The position numbers were made by a program, and so were the translations under genes. Below, piece by piece: positions 1-16,631 of a stretch of DNA of 64,000 bases. The notes under the pieces were generated by a model. It searched no databases. It saw only the letters and a list, made by a program, of their open reading frames with translations, and was not told the origin of the DNA. The stretch comes from Eledone cirrhosa. Taxonomy: Eukaryota. The stretch spans positions 16,244,001 through 16,308,000 of the forward strand of contig OZ024765.1 of the NCBI GenBank assembly GCA_964016885.1, written 5' to 3'. How positions within the stretch are numbered: the first letter of the stretch is position 1; each line of letters begins with the position of its first letter.

Positions 1-311
1 AAGAAGCAATTTATCAACGTATGGCGTATTAATGAATGTACTTGCGTAATGTTAGTAATTTATAAACTGTGTGCAGTTAAAGGCAAAGAAATGTGACAGA
101 ATACTCACTATTGAAAGCCACTGTATTAAAGTGTGTATCGTAAGCTGTGTGACCTTTTAACTGCGGAAATACAGAAATTGAGTGAGATTATTTGTTTATC
201 ACGAAGAACATTTTGTGATCTGGTTGTATAACAGTCATGGCTGACGATGTCTGTGTATCTTAGAGACAAGGCATATTGTTAATTGTGGTTTGTTCCGTAT
301 GTGTAAAGATT

Positions 312-430
312 TGCGGCTTCGTGGTTAGGGTGCTGAGCTTATGAATATAATATCATGGTTTGGATTACTGGGCCGAATGGTGATTTGTCTTCTTGAGAAT
401 AAAAAAACACATCATTCTCCCTTGCCCCAA
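312..430 (+). mobile_element. Degenerate tRNA-derived SINE head
   Basis: A-box-like GGCTTCGTGGTTAGG and decayed B-box GGTTTGGATTAC, then a TCTTGAG..AAAACAC..TTGCCCCA segment resembling 614-885. Confidence 0.35.
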
Positions 431-613
431 ATTCAATTCAATTATGAAATATTTCCTAGCTCAATAACAATTTATTATTTGACATCTCACGATGTCATGA
501 AAATACCATCGACATTATAAATGAGCAGAGTCTAATAAAACAAACCGCGCCATTAAAAGGAACAAAAAGGAAGAAAACCTTTAAGATTCTATGAAAATAA
601 TTGATCAGTATCT

Positions 614-885
614 AGGCACGGGTCCAAGTGGTAAGTGTGTTGATCATTATGTCGTGGGTTCGATTCATGGGCCGTGTTGAGTGCTGTGTTCTTGAGCAAA
701 ACATTTCATTTCACGTTGCTCCAGAATACTCAGCTGAAAAGGAGTACCAACAATAGCTGGGGGATTAACCCTGAGATGGACTTGCGTCTTGTCCAGGAGG
801 GTGTCTTGTACTCTCAGTCGATTCCCGCCACGGAAACCGGGGTAAGTACAGGCCTGATGAGCCAGACATAGCCCTGAGCTTGAGA
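614..885 (+). mobile_element. tRNA-derived SINE
   Basis: A box (GGTCCAAGTGG), B box (GGTTCGATTC), TGTGTTCTTGAGCAAAACATTTCATTTCACGTTGCTCC body shared with 30600-30716 and 60835-61030. Confidence 0.75.
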
Positions 886-1194
886 TAGACTTAGACTTTA
901 GTATATAATAAAAACAAAACACTATTAAATGAAACAAAACAAGGAAGAAACAAAATGGAAATGAAAAGAAGAAAAAGAAAATCGATCAAGCAACAAAAGA
1001 CAATGAGAAGGCGAGGGACAGATACTACATCCCTGTCTGAATGTGATTCCTCAGCTGCAGCCTCGTGGACAAAATGGCAGGGGCGTTACCGCGGAGAGTG
1101 ACAAGATACAGCCTCTACAACAGATACCACACACGGCGGGACTCCGTCCTTGAGGGAGCTACAGTCTTGCCAACTTTATAGACGAAATCAGCAG

Positions 1195-2700
1195 TGCTGG
1201 ACCCAAGGACGCTAGAATTCTTGAGACTGGTGCAAAGAGGAAGCGGTCCATTAGGTCTCGGTACTTAACTATCTTCCTCTCCTCTGTTGTAATTTGGTGA
1301 CCAAGGATCCCAGAGCTCTCGTTCGGAAACCAGTACAGATAGGAAGTAGTCGATCAGACACCTGAACCTGACAATTGTCCTATCTTCTGTAGTAATGTGG
1401 GTACAAAGAAGACCCGAGGGCTCGAGCAAGACGGGCATAAGGAGGAAGCGGTCAAAAAGGCCCCAGAACTTGATAATCTTCCTCTCATCTGTGATAATGT
1501 GGGTAGATCAGAGCAAAGAGAAAGCGGTCGATCAGACCCCTGTATTTCATTATCTTCCTCTCCTTTGTGATAATCTGAGGACCAAGGACTCTAGAGGTCT
1601 CAATGGAGATCGGAGCAAAGGGGAATATGGTGAGCAGGCTCCTGTATTTCATTATCTTCATCTCCACTGTAGTAATGTGGGCACCAAGGACGACAGAGGT
1701 CTCGTTCGGAGACCAGTACAAAAAGGAAGCCATCGAAAAGACCCCTGAACTTGACACTCTTCCTCTCATCTGTTGTAATGTGGGGACCAAGCACGCCAGA
1801 GGTCTCGAGCAAGACCGGTACAAGGAGGAAGTGGCCGAGAGGGCCCTTGAACATGACAAACTTCCTCTCCACTGTGGTAATGTGTGGACCAAGGAAGCCA
1901 GAGGTCTCGTGGTAGACCGGAGCATAGAGAAAGCTGTCGATCCGGTTCCTGTAATTCATTATCTTCCTCCCCTCTGTGATAACGTGGGAACCAAGAACTT
2001 CAGAGGTCTCGATCGAGACTGGTACAAGGTGGAAGAGGTCGATCAGGCACCTGAACTTGATAATCTTCCTCTCTTCTATGATAATGTGGGGACCAAGAAC
2101 TCCAGAGTTCTCGAGCGACACTGGTACAAGGAGGAAGTGGTCGATCAGGCACCTGAACTTGATAATCTTCCCCTCTTCTATGATAATGTGGGGATCAAGA
2201 ACTCTAGAGCTCTCGAGCAATACCGGTACAAGGAGGAAGAGGTCGATCAGGCACCTGAACTTGATAATCTTCCCCTCTTCTATGATAATGTGGGGATCAA
2301 GAACTCCAGGGCTCTCGAGCAAGACCGGTACAAGGAGGAAGTGGTCGATCAGGCACCTGAACTTGATAATCGTCCCCTCTTCTATGATAATGTGGGGATC
2401 AAGAACTCTAGAGCTCTCGAGCAATACCGGTACAAGGAGGAAGAGGTCGATCAGGCACCTGAACTTGATAATCTTCCCCTCTTCTATGATAATGTGGGGA
2501 TCAAGAACTCCAGAGCTCTCGAGCAAGACTGGTACAAGGAGGAAGTGGTCGATCAGGCACCTGAACTTGATAATCGTCCCCTCTTCTATGATAATGTGGG
2601 GACCAAGAACTCAAGAGGGCGGGAGCGAGATCAGTACAAAGAGGAAATAGTCTATCCGGCTCCGGGATTTTACTATCTTCTCCTCCGCATTGCAGGTAGC
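1195..2700. repeat. 102-bp tandem repeat array (~14-15 units, homogeneous at the 3' side)
   Basis: GATCAGGCACCTGAAC recurs at 2041, 2143, 2245, 2347, 2449, 2551 (period 102); diverged units extend back to ~1195. Confidence 0.95.
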
Positions 2701-2718
2701 AACAGAGGAATCGAGTAG
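1603..2718 (+). CDS. Doubtful ORF of 34-aa repeats (EEVVDQAPELDNLPLFYDNVGIKNSRALEQYRYK)
   Basis: 371-aa ORF lying almost entirely in the 102-bp array; the repeat frame shifts near 1700 and two other frames are also open; no known family recognised. Confidence 0.2.
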   Translation: MEIGAKGNMVSRLLYFIIFISTVVMWAPRTTEVSFGDQYKKEAIEKTPELDTLPLICCNVGTKHARGLEQDRYKEEVAERALEHDKLPLHCGNVWTKEARGLVVDRSIEKAVDPVPVIHYLPPLCDNVGTKNFRGLDRDWYKVEEVDQAPELDNLPLFYDNVGTKNSRVLERHWYKEEVVDQAPELDNLPLFYDNVGIKNSRALEQYRYKEEEVDQAPELDNLPLFYDNVGIKNSRALEQDRYKEEVVDQAPELDNRPLFYDNVGIKNSRALEQYRYKEEEVDQAPELDNLPLFYDNVGIKNSRALEQDWYKEEVVDQAPELDNRPLFYDNVGTKNSRGRERDQYKEEIVYPAPGFYYLLLRIAGSNRGIE

Positions 2719-3337
2719 ATGAGGTTAACATTGCAATGGACCGGTGCAAGTTGTTCATATACTACAGGAAAACAGACCCCCAGACCCTACATATATCCAA
2801 CAACAACAACACCAATAAACTGTACATTGATAGATAATATATGTGACCAATTCACTATCATCTCTAAAAGATGGCGGAATCAAAGTAGGTGCAAATTAAC
2901 TTACAACCCACCCTGCAATACGCTGGTTTCGATTTTTCAACAAAATTCGACCCAATTTTGTCAGAATTATATACGTATTGATTAGTGTTGTTGTTGTTGT
3001 TGTTCCTGTATATTTTTCTTGTGTATTTGTTGCTGTATTTTGTGTTTTGATATTCGTTCAATTAATATCTTTAAAATAATTCTGATTAATTCGTATTCAA
3101 GAACTTATTTTAGTTACCACCTATCTCGCATTTCTTTCCAATTCACCGCAAACCCAGGCCCCACACACCGTCGAAACACACACACACACACACACACACA
3201 TACACATACACACACACACACATATGAGTTATTTTTCCTAAATCTTTCGTTAACTACTTTTCCCATCTTGACGTTATAGTCGCATATATGTTATAGAATG
3301 CCGTTAGCTTCTTGCTAAAACAATCTCTATACCTCTC

Positions 3338-3394
<57 letters not shown>

Positions 3395-3616
3395 TGTATG
3401 TACTAAATATGTAATTATATATAGAGATTTATATTTCAGTGTGAGGTACATATATAGATACATATACACTTACGAGCATGAAAACACACACACATATATA
3501 TATATATATGCGTGTGCGTGTGTTTGTCAATGTATGTATATGTGTGGCTATATATATATACGTTCATACATACAGACAAACATACATACACATTCATACA
3601 CACACACATACATACA

Positions 3617-4340
3617 TGATGATGGCTGCCCCCACGTTATCGAGTATGGCCATTGCACGATATCCCATTATTAATAATTATTAATTAATTATATCGGTAG
3701 AGGGTCTGACGCTATGCTTTGACACATAGAATTACGGCCCTTGCCATTCTGAGTTCAAATTCCGTCGAGATTAACTTTGCCTTTCATCCTTACGAGGTCG
3801 ATAAAATAAAGTACCAGTAATACACTGGGTAATTGCTGGCCTTGTGCCAAAATTAGAAACAATTAATTAATTCTATCGTGCAATGCCTGTGCGTGAAGAT
3901 ATTTTTTAAAGTGAGGAAAGACTGTGCACTGAGCCAATCCCACTCTCTGAGCGACAGTAGCTATAACCCGAAAAGAAGAAAAATTCAACATCATCGGTAA
4001 CTACTGAGCCGCAAGTTTTATATCGGAGTTATCCCAGTTTCCTGAGCTGCCTTCTCCTAGAAGAATGCCCTGACAAAGGCTAGGGGTCCTTCACTCCCAG
4101 TGGTTTAACCGGGCAGTACATGTGTATATACATATTTACATACTTTCGGATGGACGTTGACTCTTATGAGTTCTTCCGCCCTTTGTCAGGTTTTGTTTTT
4201 TCTTCTGCAGGGGGTGTCCAAAATCACCTTCCTCACCAAGTAAACTTGGTGAGGTTGCCGGTTCAGTCGCCGATGACCCGACCATGCGACAGGTTGTATT
4301 GGGTTACATGTTACCAGTAGCACTCAAGCGTGACCCGACA
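3617..4340 (-). mobile_element. Diverged RTE-derived non-autonomous element, interrupted by a SINE
   Basis: Reverse-complement similarity to 33512-34116 (GGTAACATGTAACCCAATACAACCTGTC, CTAGGAGAAGG, GCAGCCATCAT end); zinc-finger segment absent. Confidence 0.8.
3692..3866 (+). mobile_element. Octopus-type tRNA-derived SINE (nested)
   Basis: GAGTTCAAATTCCG B box; TTTGCCTTTCATCC..GGTCGATAAAATAAAGTACCAGT core; GCTGGCCTTGTGCCAAAA.TAGAAAC tail. Confidence 0.9.
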
Positions 4341-8874
<4,534 letters not shown>

Positions 8875-9961
8875 TAATTTACTCACAAATTTAGTTAGAA
8901 CCTTAGTTTAAATGTGAATTTCATTGGAAGCGAAGCGAAACTTCTTTTTTGTTAAATAGTGCCGTCACTGGTTCTCGTACCTCTATCTACTTCCCTATCT
9001 ATCTAAGTAGCTATTTATCTATTTGTATATATAGAAGGAACAACAAAGTCCATTTCGGTTGGCATATAATCTTGATACAATTATTTATGTGGTTGAAGAT
9101 CGATCAAAGTAAGAAACTCAAGAACCCATATGAAATTCTGTTTCTTATTTATTGGATCATAAATGTTAAAAGGCTTTTTAAAATAATATCATCTTATATC
9201 TTTTTAACGTTATTTTTTTTCACCTGCCGTTTTAAATTATATATTCAATAACTTCAAGAACTGACCTATTATCTAAGTTATCTAAAAATCATTGGAAGAC
9301 GTTGATAAAAGACGTTGGATATTTTGCAATACATAACGAGGTCCTTCGAATATAATGGGGAAAAAACCTGCCACTTATGCTATTCGGAGAAAGGTCATAT
9401 ACTTTATATATATATATAATTTATTGAATCGTAAATTTTAGAAGATATCTTTCAAATCGTATCATCTCATACCTTTGAAATTATTCACTTTAGCATACAT
9501 TTTAAAGGTATAAACAAGTTTAACTAGAACGTCGAGTTTTGGAACGAATTAATGAGATTACTGCTTGGGATAGGAGGCTCGTAATGGCGAAACGAATATC
9601 TTCGTTCATATACTGTGTTGGGACAGGTTAGAAAGAGAAAGGAAAAGGAAGTGAGTTTGATCGACCCTAAATCATCGCGAGAAAGGAAGAATATTGGCGT
9701 CAGCAGTGCTGGCCTGTAGGGGGGATAGATGGGAAGGAAGAAGGTGGCAGTGAGAGAGAGTGGGGGAGATAGGGACCAGGGAGCGAGAATGGAGAGAAAG
9801 AAAGAATGAACGCACGGTGGACAGAGGAAGAGAGAAGAAAAGGTAACTCAACCCAGGCATGATATCAGTCCGACTTAGAAGGCTAAGATAGCATTCGCAG
9901 GTATAAACAAATTTAACAGAGATTTGAAACACGATTGTGTAGGGGTCTCAGGGAAAATGGA

Positions 9962-10090
9962 ATTTCATTTCTTCGGAATGAAACAGTTCTAGTCCTGTAG
10001 AAGCCTTTCTATATTAAATATTTATACTCTGGTATGTATAGAGTACCTTCCTTACTGTGGTTACCCCCGGTTGAACCCGAGATAAACTTA
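9962..10090 (+). mobile_element. Penelope-like pLTR fragment (family G) with hammerhead 3' half
   Basis: GAATGAAACAGTTCTAGTCCTGTAGAA..GAGTACCTT..ACTGTGGTTACC matches 53544-53655; CTGATGA half replaced by a small fold-back. Confidence 0.65.
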
Positions 10091-10119
10091 TATATGTATA
10101 TAATAGTGAAGGCGGATTG

Positions 10120-11140
10120 TTACCAATGACGACGATGATGATGATGGTGATGAAGATGATGATGGAGGTGATGCTTGTGATGATGATGATCGTGATGGTG
10201 ATGATGATGATAAGAATTAAAATACTACTATTGCTACTAATACGAATAACTACAACAACGACCACAATACTATTAATGATAGAAATAGCAATGGTGATGA
10301 TGGTGATCGTGATGATGGTGATGGTGATGATGGTGATGGTGATGGTGATGGTGATGATGGTGATGGTGATAGAAGCCATGGTGGTGAAGAAAACCATTGT
10401 GGTGGAGTTACCAATGACGACGGAGATGTTGATGATGGCGAAGATACTGATGACATTGACGATGAAGGCTGATGATGGTGATGGTGATGATGATGGCTTT
10501 AATGATGATGATGATGATGATGGCTTTAATGATGATGATGGTGATGATGATGGTGATGGTGATGGCTTTAATGATGATGATGATGATGAGGATGTTTGAT
10601 AATGACGATGGTGATGCTGCTGCTGATGATAATGATGATGATGATGATGATGGCTTTAATGATGATGATGATGGTTTTGATGGCTTTAATGATGAAAGTG
10701 ATGGAGATGCCAATGATGACAATGATGATGATGATGATGATGATGATGTTGGTTATGATGGCTTTAATGATGAAAGTGATGGAGATGCCAATGATGATGA
10801 TGATGATGACAATGGTGACGATGATGATGATGATGATGGATGATGTTGATGGTGATGGTTATGATGGCTTTAATGATGAAAGTGATGGAGGTGCCAATGA
10901 TGACAATGATGATGATGATGATGAAGAAGATGGTGATGATGGTGATGGTGATGATGGTGATGGTTATGATGGCTTTAATGATGAAAGTGATGGAGATGCC
11001 AATGATGACAATGATGATGATGAGGATGATGGTGATGGTTATGATGGCTTTAATGATGAAAGTGATGGAGATGCCAATGATGATGATGATGATGACAATG
11101 GTGACGATGATGATGATGATGATGATGACAATGATGGTGA
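10120..11140. repeat. (GAT)n-derived minisatellite
   Basis: Recurrent GATGGCTTTAATGATGAAAGTGATGGAGATGCCAATGATGAC unit within (GAT/GGT)n. Confidence 0.9.
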
Positions 11141-11375
11141 TAGAAATAGACATCAGCCCATAAACAACAATGTAATCAACATATTAATAGTTTGTCTGTG
11201 AGTTATTACAATTCCGTTAGTCACCGTTTCAGATTGTGTGGCTATATAAGTAAGCATGTGTTAGTGAATGTGTTAGCGGAACACGTGTAAATATATTCAC
11301 TAAACGTATGTACAGCTATATATACACATGTAAACATGCACACATTCACACATACAAACATATATATATATAAAC

Positions 11376-11413
<38 letters not shown>

Positions 11414-11459
11414 ATATGCAAAAACATAGTATGTATATACTAATGTATTGTTTATGCAT

Positions 11460-11506
<47 letters not shown>

Positions 11507-11513
11507 TAATATA

Positions 11514-11552
<39 letters not shown>

Positions 11553-11691
11553 GTAAAAGTTAATATGTATATATATATATATGCGTTGGCATATAGACAT
11601 ATGTACCACGCAATATATAGTATATATTTTAGAAAAATCACATGCTTTCATATATAATTTATGAAATAAATATATATGATAGACATATATC

Positions 11692-11759
<68 letters not shown>

Positions 11760-11929
11760 TAATATAGACATATATATATATATATATATATAAATTAATA
11801 TAGACATATATATATATATATAAATTAATATAGACATATATATGTATATATATAAACATATATATATACATATATATACACATATATATATACATATATA
11901 TTTATACATATATATATATACATATGTAC

Positions 11930-11966
<37 letters not shown>

Positions 11967-12739
11967 CATATATATACATATATATATATTTATATATATA
12001 TATATATAAATAAGCACCACCTGTCTATGTCACTCTCTATCTCCTTCTCTACCACCACCCCCTCCCTTTCTTTCTCCGTGAATATGTGCGGTAAATTTGT
12101 CTCTGCGTGTGTGAAATAGTAATTTGGAAAGAAAGAAATAAAATCGAAAAACCACTACAAAAATGCAATCAAATAACCACACAAACAAATAGTAAATATA
12201 TTATTTCTATCATTAATTTAACTTCATATTTGCAGGAAAGATTTACAGAAATTTGATACACGAATATAAAAATTTATTTTTCTGTTGAATTTTAAAATTT
12301 GAAATCATATTCCTTAAGGATGTTTTGTGTGTTTTTGGCGAAATGTTACTGTGATTCAACAGGTGTAACTGTCTGTGTGTGTATATATGTGTAATTGTGT
12401 ACGAGGATATTGGTGTGTATATAGTATTAGTTATACTATGTATGGTTATGTAAATACAAAACCTTATGCAGGTGTTATATATATATGTGTAAATGTTTGC
12501 GTATGTGAATGTGTATGTATGTTATATATAATATATGGCGTTGATAGTTATTTATTGGAGGTAGTGTGGTTTCACAGGTGTATAAACTTTTCTAAATGTA
12601 TGTAGATAAGTGTGTACATGTGTGTGTATTTGTGTAAATTTACATATATGCCGTTACATATATATTTATATATGTTTGTATACATGTATATATATTTATA
12701 TATGTATACATATATAAATAATTATGTGTATATGTACGT

Positions 12740-12812
<73 letters not shown>

Positions 12813-12842
12813 ATGTGTGTGTATATGCACGTACATACATAC

Positions 12843-13256
12843 ATGGTGGCTGCCAACTCGTTTTCGAGTACGGCCACTACTTTATATCAATGTAGGAGAA
12901 CCCCTACCGATGCGCTGAACGAGTGTGACTTTTTAGTCCAGCCAGCGACTTGAAAACTCTGGTACAAACACTACACTTGTGACAATTACTGACACATAGT
13001 GCTGGGCCCATGGTACCATGTGACGACAAGTGCAGAGAGATCTCCAGATATAAAGCAATGCCTGTGCCGTGAAGCTTTTATAGTGAGCAAAGGCACTGCA
13101 CAAAGCCAGTCCCACTCTCTTAACCAAGATGATATTTACCAAAAAGAAGAACAAGTCAACATCATTGGATACCATCAGGGTTGCAGGTGTTATATCAGAG
13201 TTTTCCTTCTCCTAGAATTCTGCCTTGACAAAGGCTAAGGGGTCATCTCTCCCGGA
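12843..13256 (-). mobile_element. 5'-truncated RTE-derived non-autonomous element
   Basis: Near-identical reverse complement of 33708-34116; C2H2 remnant at 12904-12990; flanked by (CATA)n. Confidence 0.9.
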
Positions 13257-13286
13257 CATACATACATACATACATACATACATACA

Positions 13287-13319
<33 letters not shown>

Positions 13320-13374
13320 TCCAAGTTGGCACCAATCGTTATTACTTAAATAAATCAAAGCTATTAATATCCTG

Positions 13375-13506
13375 GTTCTTCATTTCATGAACACTTGGAA
13401 ACACAAATGGTAAAGTTGATTTCGGTAGAATTTGACCTCAGATCGTAGACATGCGTAGCTAAAAATACCGCCACGTATTTTGCCGGCATTGTAACGAATC
13501 GGCGCC
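13375..13506 (-). mobile_element. Degenerate Octopus-type SINE
   Basis: AAAGTTGATTTCGGTAGAATTTGACCTCAGA resembles the reverse SINE core and B box. Confidence 0.55.
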
Positions 13507-13979
13507 TTACTTCTTCTTGTGCCATTTCTGTATCAGTCCTTGGCGAACCATGATGTTACGCGCTGTTCGATCATGGGCGAGATCTAATACTTCTATGACC
13601 TCGATTTTGAAATTGTCAAAAAAAGATCTAATTTGTCGACCCTTGTCCGGCTTGGCAGGAATTTTTCCGCTAATTAGAAGGTCTTCCAACATGTCTTTCC
13701 TGATGCTATGTCCTAGCAATATTAGTCGTATCTTTATAATTTTGAGTACTATCTCATGTTCCACCCAAACTCTCTTCAAACCTCTTCATTTTGTATTCGG
13801 TCGACGTACAAGTTCCTGAGTTTCTAACCTCCTTTGTCGAACCCTGTCACGCTTCCCAGGAATTTTTCCTCCAATGGAAAGGTCTTTCAGGATGCCTTTC
13901 CTAGGGACATTTCGTCTCTTTATAATAGTGAGCACTATCTCACGTCCCATGCTCCCTTTCTTCAAAACCTCTTCATTGT

Positions 13980-14165
13980 TTGGCAGATTGGCAGTATCGG
14001 TAGAGGGTCGCACGCCATGCTTTGCAGCATAATTACGTCCCTTTACGGATCGAGATCAAATCCCGCCGAGGTTATCTTTGCCTCTCATCCTTACGTAGTC
14101 GATAAAATAAAGTACCAGTAATGAACTGGGTAATTGTTGTCCCTGTGCCAAAAGTAGAAACAGTT
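13980..14165 (+). mobile_element. Octopus-type SINE
   Basis: Head TGGCAGATTGGCAGTATCGGTAGAG, core and GTGCCAAAAGTAGAAAC tail. Confidence 0.9.
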
Positions 14166-14317
14166 ATTTATTCAGTCGACGTAGAAAATTCTGAGTATTC
14201 TAACCACCTTTGTGGAATCCTGTCACATTTCCCAGTAATTTTTTCCTGTAATGGAAAGGTCTTCCAGCATGTCTTTCCTAATATCATATCCTAGGAACAT
14301 TTCATCTCTTTATAATA

Positions 14318-14508
14318 AATGTTTCTACTTTTTGGCACAAGGCCAGCAATTATCCCAGTGCATTACTGGTACTTTATTTTATCGACCCCCGTAAGGATGA
14401 AAGGCAAAGTTATCCTCGGCGGGATTTCAACTCAGATCAGAAAAGGAGGTAACTCTATGCTTCAAAGCATGGCGTCCGACCCTCTACCGATACTGCCAAC
14501 CCACCGCG
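14318..14508 (-). mobile_element. Octopus-type SINE with ~10-bp TSD
   Basis: Full reverse copy flanked by CTCTTTATAAT / CTCTTATAAT inside an RTE fragment. Confidence 0.9.
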
Positions 14509-14696
14509 CTCTTATAATGGTCAGTACTATCTCATGTTCCATACACGGTCGACGTGCAAGTTCCTGAGTATTCTAAGCTCTTTTGACGAGATCTGTCACA
14601 TTTCCCAGTAATTTTTTTCTCTAATAGAAAGGTCTTCCAGCATGAAAGGTCTTCCAGCATGCCTTTCGTAATCACATCTCCTAGGAACATTATTTC

Positions 14697-14780
14697 TATC
14701 CTTTTGGGGTCGATAAAATAAAGTACCAGTAATACACTGGGATAATTGCTGGCCTTGTGCCAAAAGTAGAAACAATTATT
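14697..14780 (+). mobile_element. Octopus-type SINE 3' half
   Basis: GGGGTCGATAAAATAAAGTACCAG..GTGCCAAAAGTAGAAAC. Confidence 0.85.
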
Positions 14781-14784
14781 TCTA

Positions 14785-15153
14785 TTGCTGTGTCCATCGT
14801 TGATGCTGTGTAGCGCTCGCAATACCTGACAAACACACTCACACACACTTACGCCATCTTGTTTTTCTGTGTTCAACACGCAAAATACAAGATGATGTAG
14901 GACAGAAAAAGGGTGAGAGACACAAAATAAAAACCTAGTCACTGAGGAGTTCACTGAATGTGTGACGAAAGAGCTTTGACATTATATATACAACATCTGG
15001 TTATCGAACCAACCAACCGGAAACTTATAATAAGTGAAAACAACCAGGTGCGTGTGTTTTTATTGACAGCATGACCCTCCCAAAGTTTAAGAATATCTGT
15101 TTCAACACAAATTTTCAGTTGAGAAATCTCGTAAGACAAATTCAAAAACGAAT
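14785..15153 (+). mobile_element. Penelope-like pLTR element (family A)
   Basis: Contains hammerhead motif 14938-14980 and ends in (TA)n; other copies at 22618-22712, 47045-47212, 53025-53280. Confidence 0.7.
14938..14980 (+). ncRNA. Type I hammerhead ribozyme motif (degenerate stem II)
   Basis: GTCA-CTGAGGA-G-TTCACTGAATGTGTGAC-GAAA-GAGC-TT-TGAC; stem I GTCA/TGAC. Confidence 0.6.
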
Positions 15154-15171
15154 TATATATACATATTTATA

Positions 15172-15286
<115 letters not shown>

Positions 15287-15288
15287 TC

Positions 15289-15465
15289 AGGACCCTGACG
15301 GGTGAGCGCCGGCCGTTTCAATAGCTAGATCCAAACGCGGATCTAGCTGTCGAAATGGCCAGAGCTCAGCCGTTGGGGTCCCAAATCTTTTCATATTATC
15401 CACTCTACTACCCCAAGTTTCGAGTATTCTGGGTTGTGGTCCATCTGGTTATTTAACATACCTTA
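15289..15465 (+). mobile_element. Penelope-like pLTR fragment (family H-related) with ~43-bp fold-back
   Basis: Inverted arms 15289-15332 / 15338-15381 carry the GAAA-TGGC..GCCG-TT-GGGGTC hammerhead 3' half; downstream similar to reverse 58084-58170. Confidence 0.65.
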
Positions 15466-15475
15466 TCAATATATG

Positions 15476-15520
<45 letters not shown>

Positions 15521-15535
15521 TATATATAAACACAC

Positions 15536-15587
<52 letters not shown>

Positions 15588-15685
15588 GTGTGTGCATAAA
15601 TATATATATATATGCGTGTGTGTGTGTTTGTTTGTGTGTCTGTGCTTGTGTGTGTGTGGGGGGGGGTGTATATACATACACATAC

Positions 15686-15933
15686 ATGGAGGATGACCGC
15701 TGGGTAAAGAAGTGCCAAGAAATGCCAGTAGAAGGAAGACGCAGTAGAGGTAGACCACGAAATACATGGTCAGAAGTGGTGTGAGCAGACCTCGGATTGC
15801 TGAAGCTCACAGAGGAGATGACGAAGGACCGTGACAAGTGGAGAGATTCTGTGCTGAATAGGACGCGTCCCACCCACCCTTGCAAGCAGGGGAAAACAGA
15901 CGTAAAATGATGAAGATGATGATGATGATGATG
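15686..15933 (+). pseudogene. RTE-clade LINE 3' end with (GAT)n tail
   Basis: MEDDRWVKKCQEMPVEGRRSRGRPRNTWSEVV*ADLGLLKLTEEMTKDRDKWRDSV, then (GAT)n. Confidence 0.85.
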
Positions 15934-16494
15934 ATACATATATAGAAGGAAGCAATGACGATCGACAATATCCCGGACTTCAATCGCTTACTGAGAGGAG
16001 TTGGGGGTGGTGGGTGAAACTCGTCAAACCGGACCAAGATTCCAATGTTTCCACCAGTCTCTCCATTACTGATACAATCTACTATGAAAACAACTCGTAT
16101 TATATGGGGACTATGTTTTATCGACTCTGTCAAGATGAAACGATAAGGCACCCATGGCCCAGGAGACACCAGCCAATATCAATAATTTTAATCAACTTCG
16201 ATATTATCCTCATATTTTATGTGATCAGCCCTCGGAAACATGAAAGTTAAACTTGACCTCGTCAGAATTTGAACTCGGATCATATAATCGCCATAATATT
16301 TCCCCTGCAGTAATTATAATTATCAGATTAATTGTAATAAATATATATACATATATATATATATTTTTTTTGTGATTATCCCCCCTTGACATTCCTGTGG
16401 TCTTTGCGACTGCGTCTTTCTCATGGTAGCAACAATAACCACGTTTAAAATCCAGTAGAGAGCTAAAGATAATAAACATGATAAAACAATTGCG

Positions 16495-16591
16495 TTGATT
16501 GTGACGATGGTGGCGGTGGTGGTGATGGTAGTAGTAGTAGTAGTGGTTGTTGTTGTTGTGATAGTGATGGTGGTAGCAGTGGTGGTGGTGT

Positions 16592-16631
<40 letters not shown>

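Larger units (their letters stand above)
13507..14690 (-). pseudogene. About four tandem copies of an RTE-clade LINE ORF C-terminal fragment
   Basis: LILLGHSIRKDMLEDLLISGKIPAKPDKGRQ..LAHDRTARN matches the RTE C-terminal pattern (GH..R..LE..L..GKI.GKR.RGR..DR..W); copies at ~13507, 13786, 14165, 14530 with SINEs between. Confidence 0.75.

Noticed and set aside
828-885. GAAACC..CTGATGAG as a hammerhead
   Set aside because: Part of the SINE tail; the required stems do not form
12215-12370. Possible exon (TTTGCAG acceptor, CAG|GTGTAA donor); similar candidates at 26085-26185 and 51420-51502
   Set aside because: Splice-like motifs alone, with no recognisable coding signal; cannot be supported without transcripts
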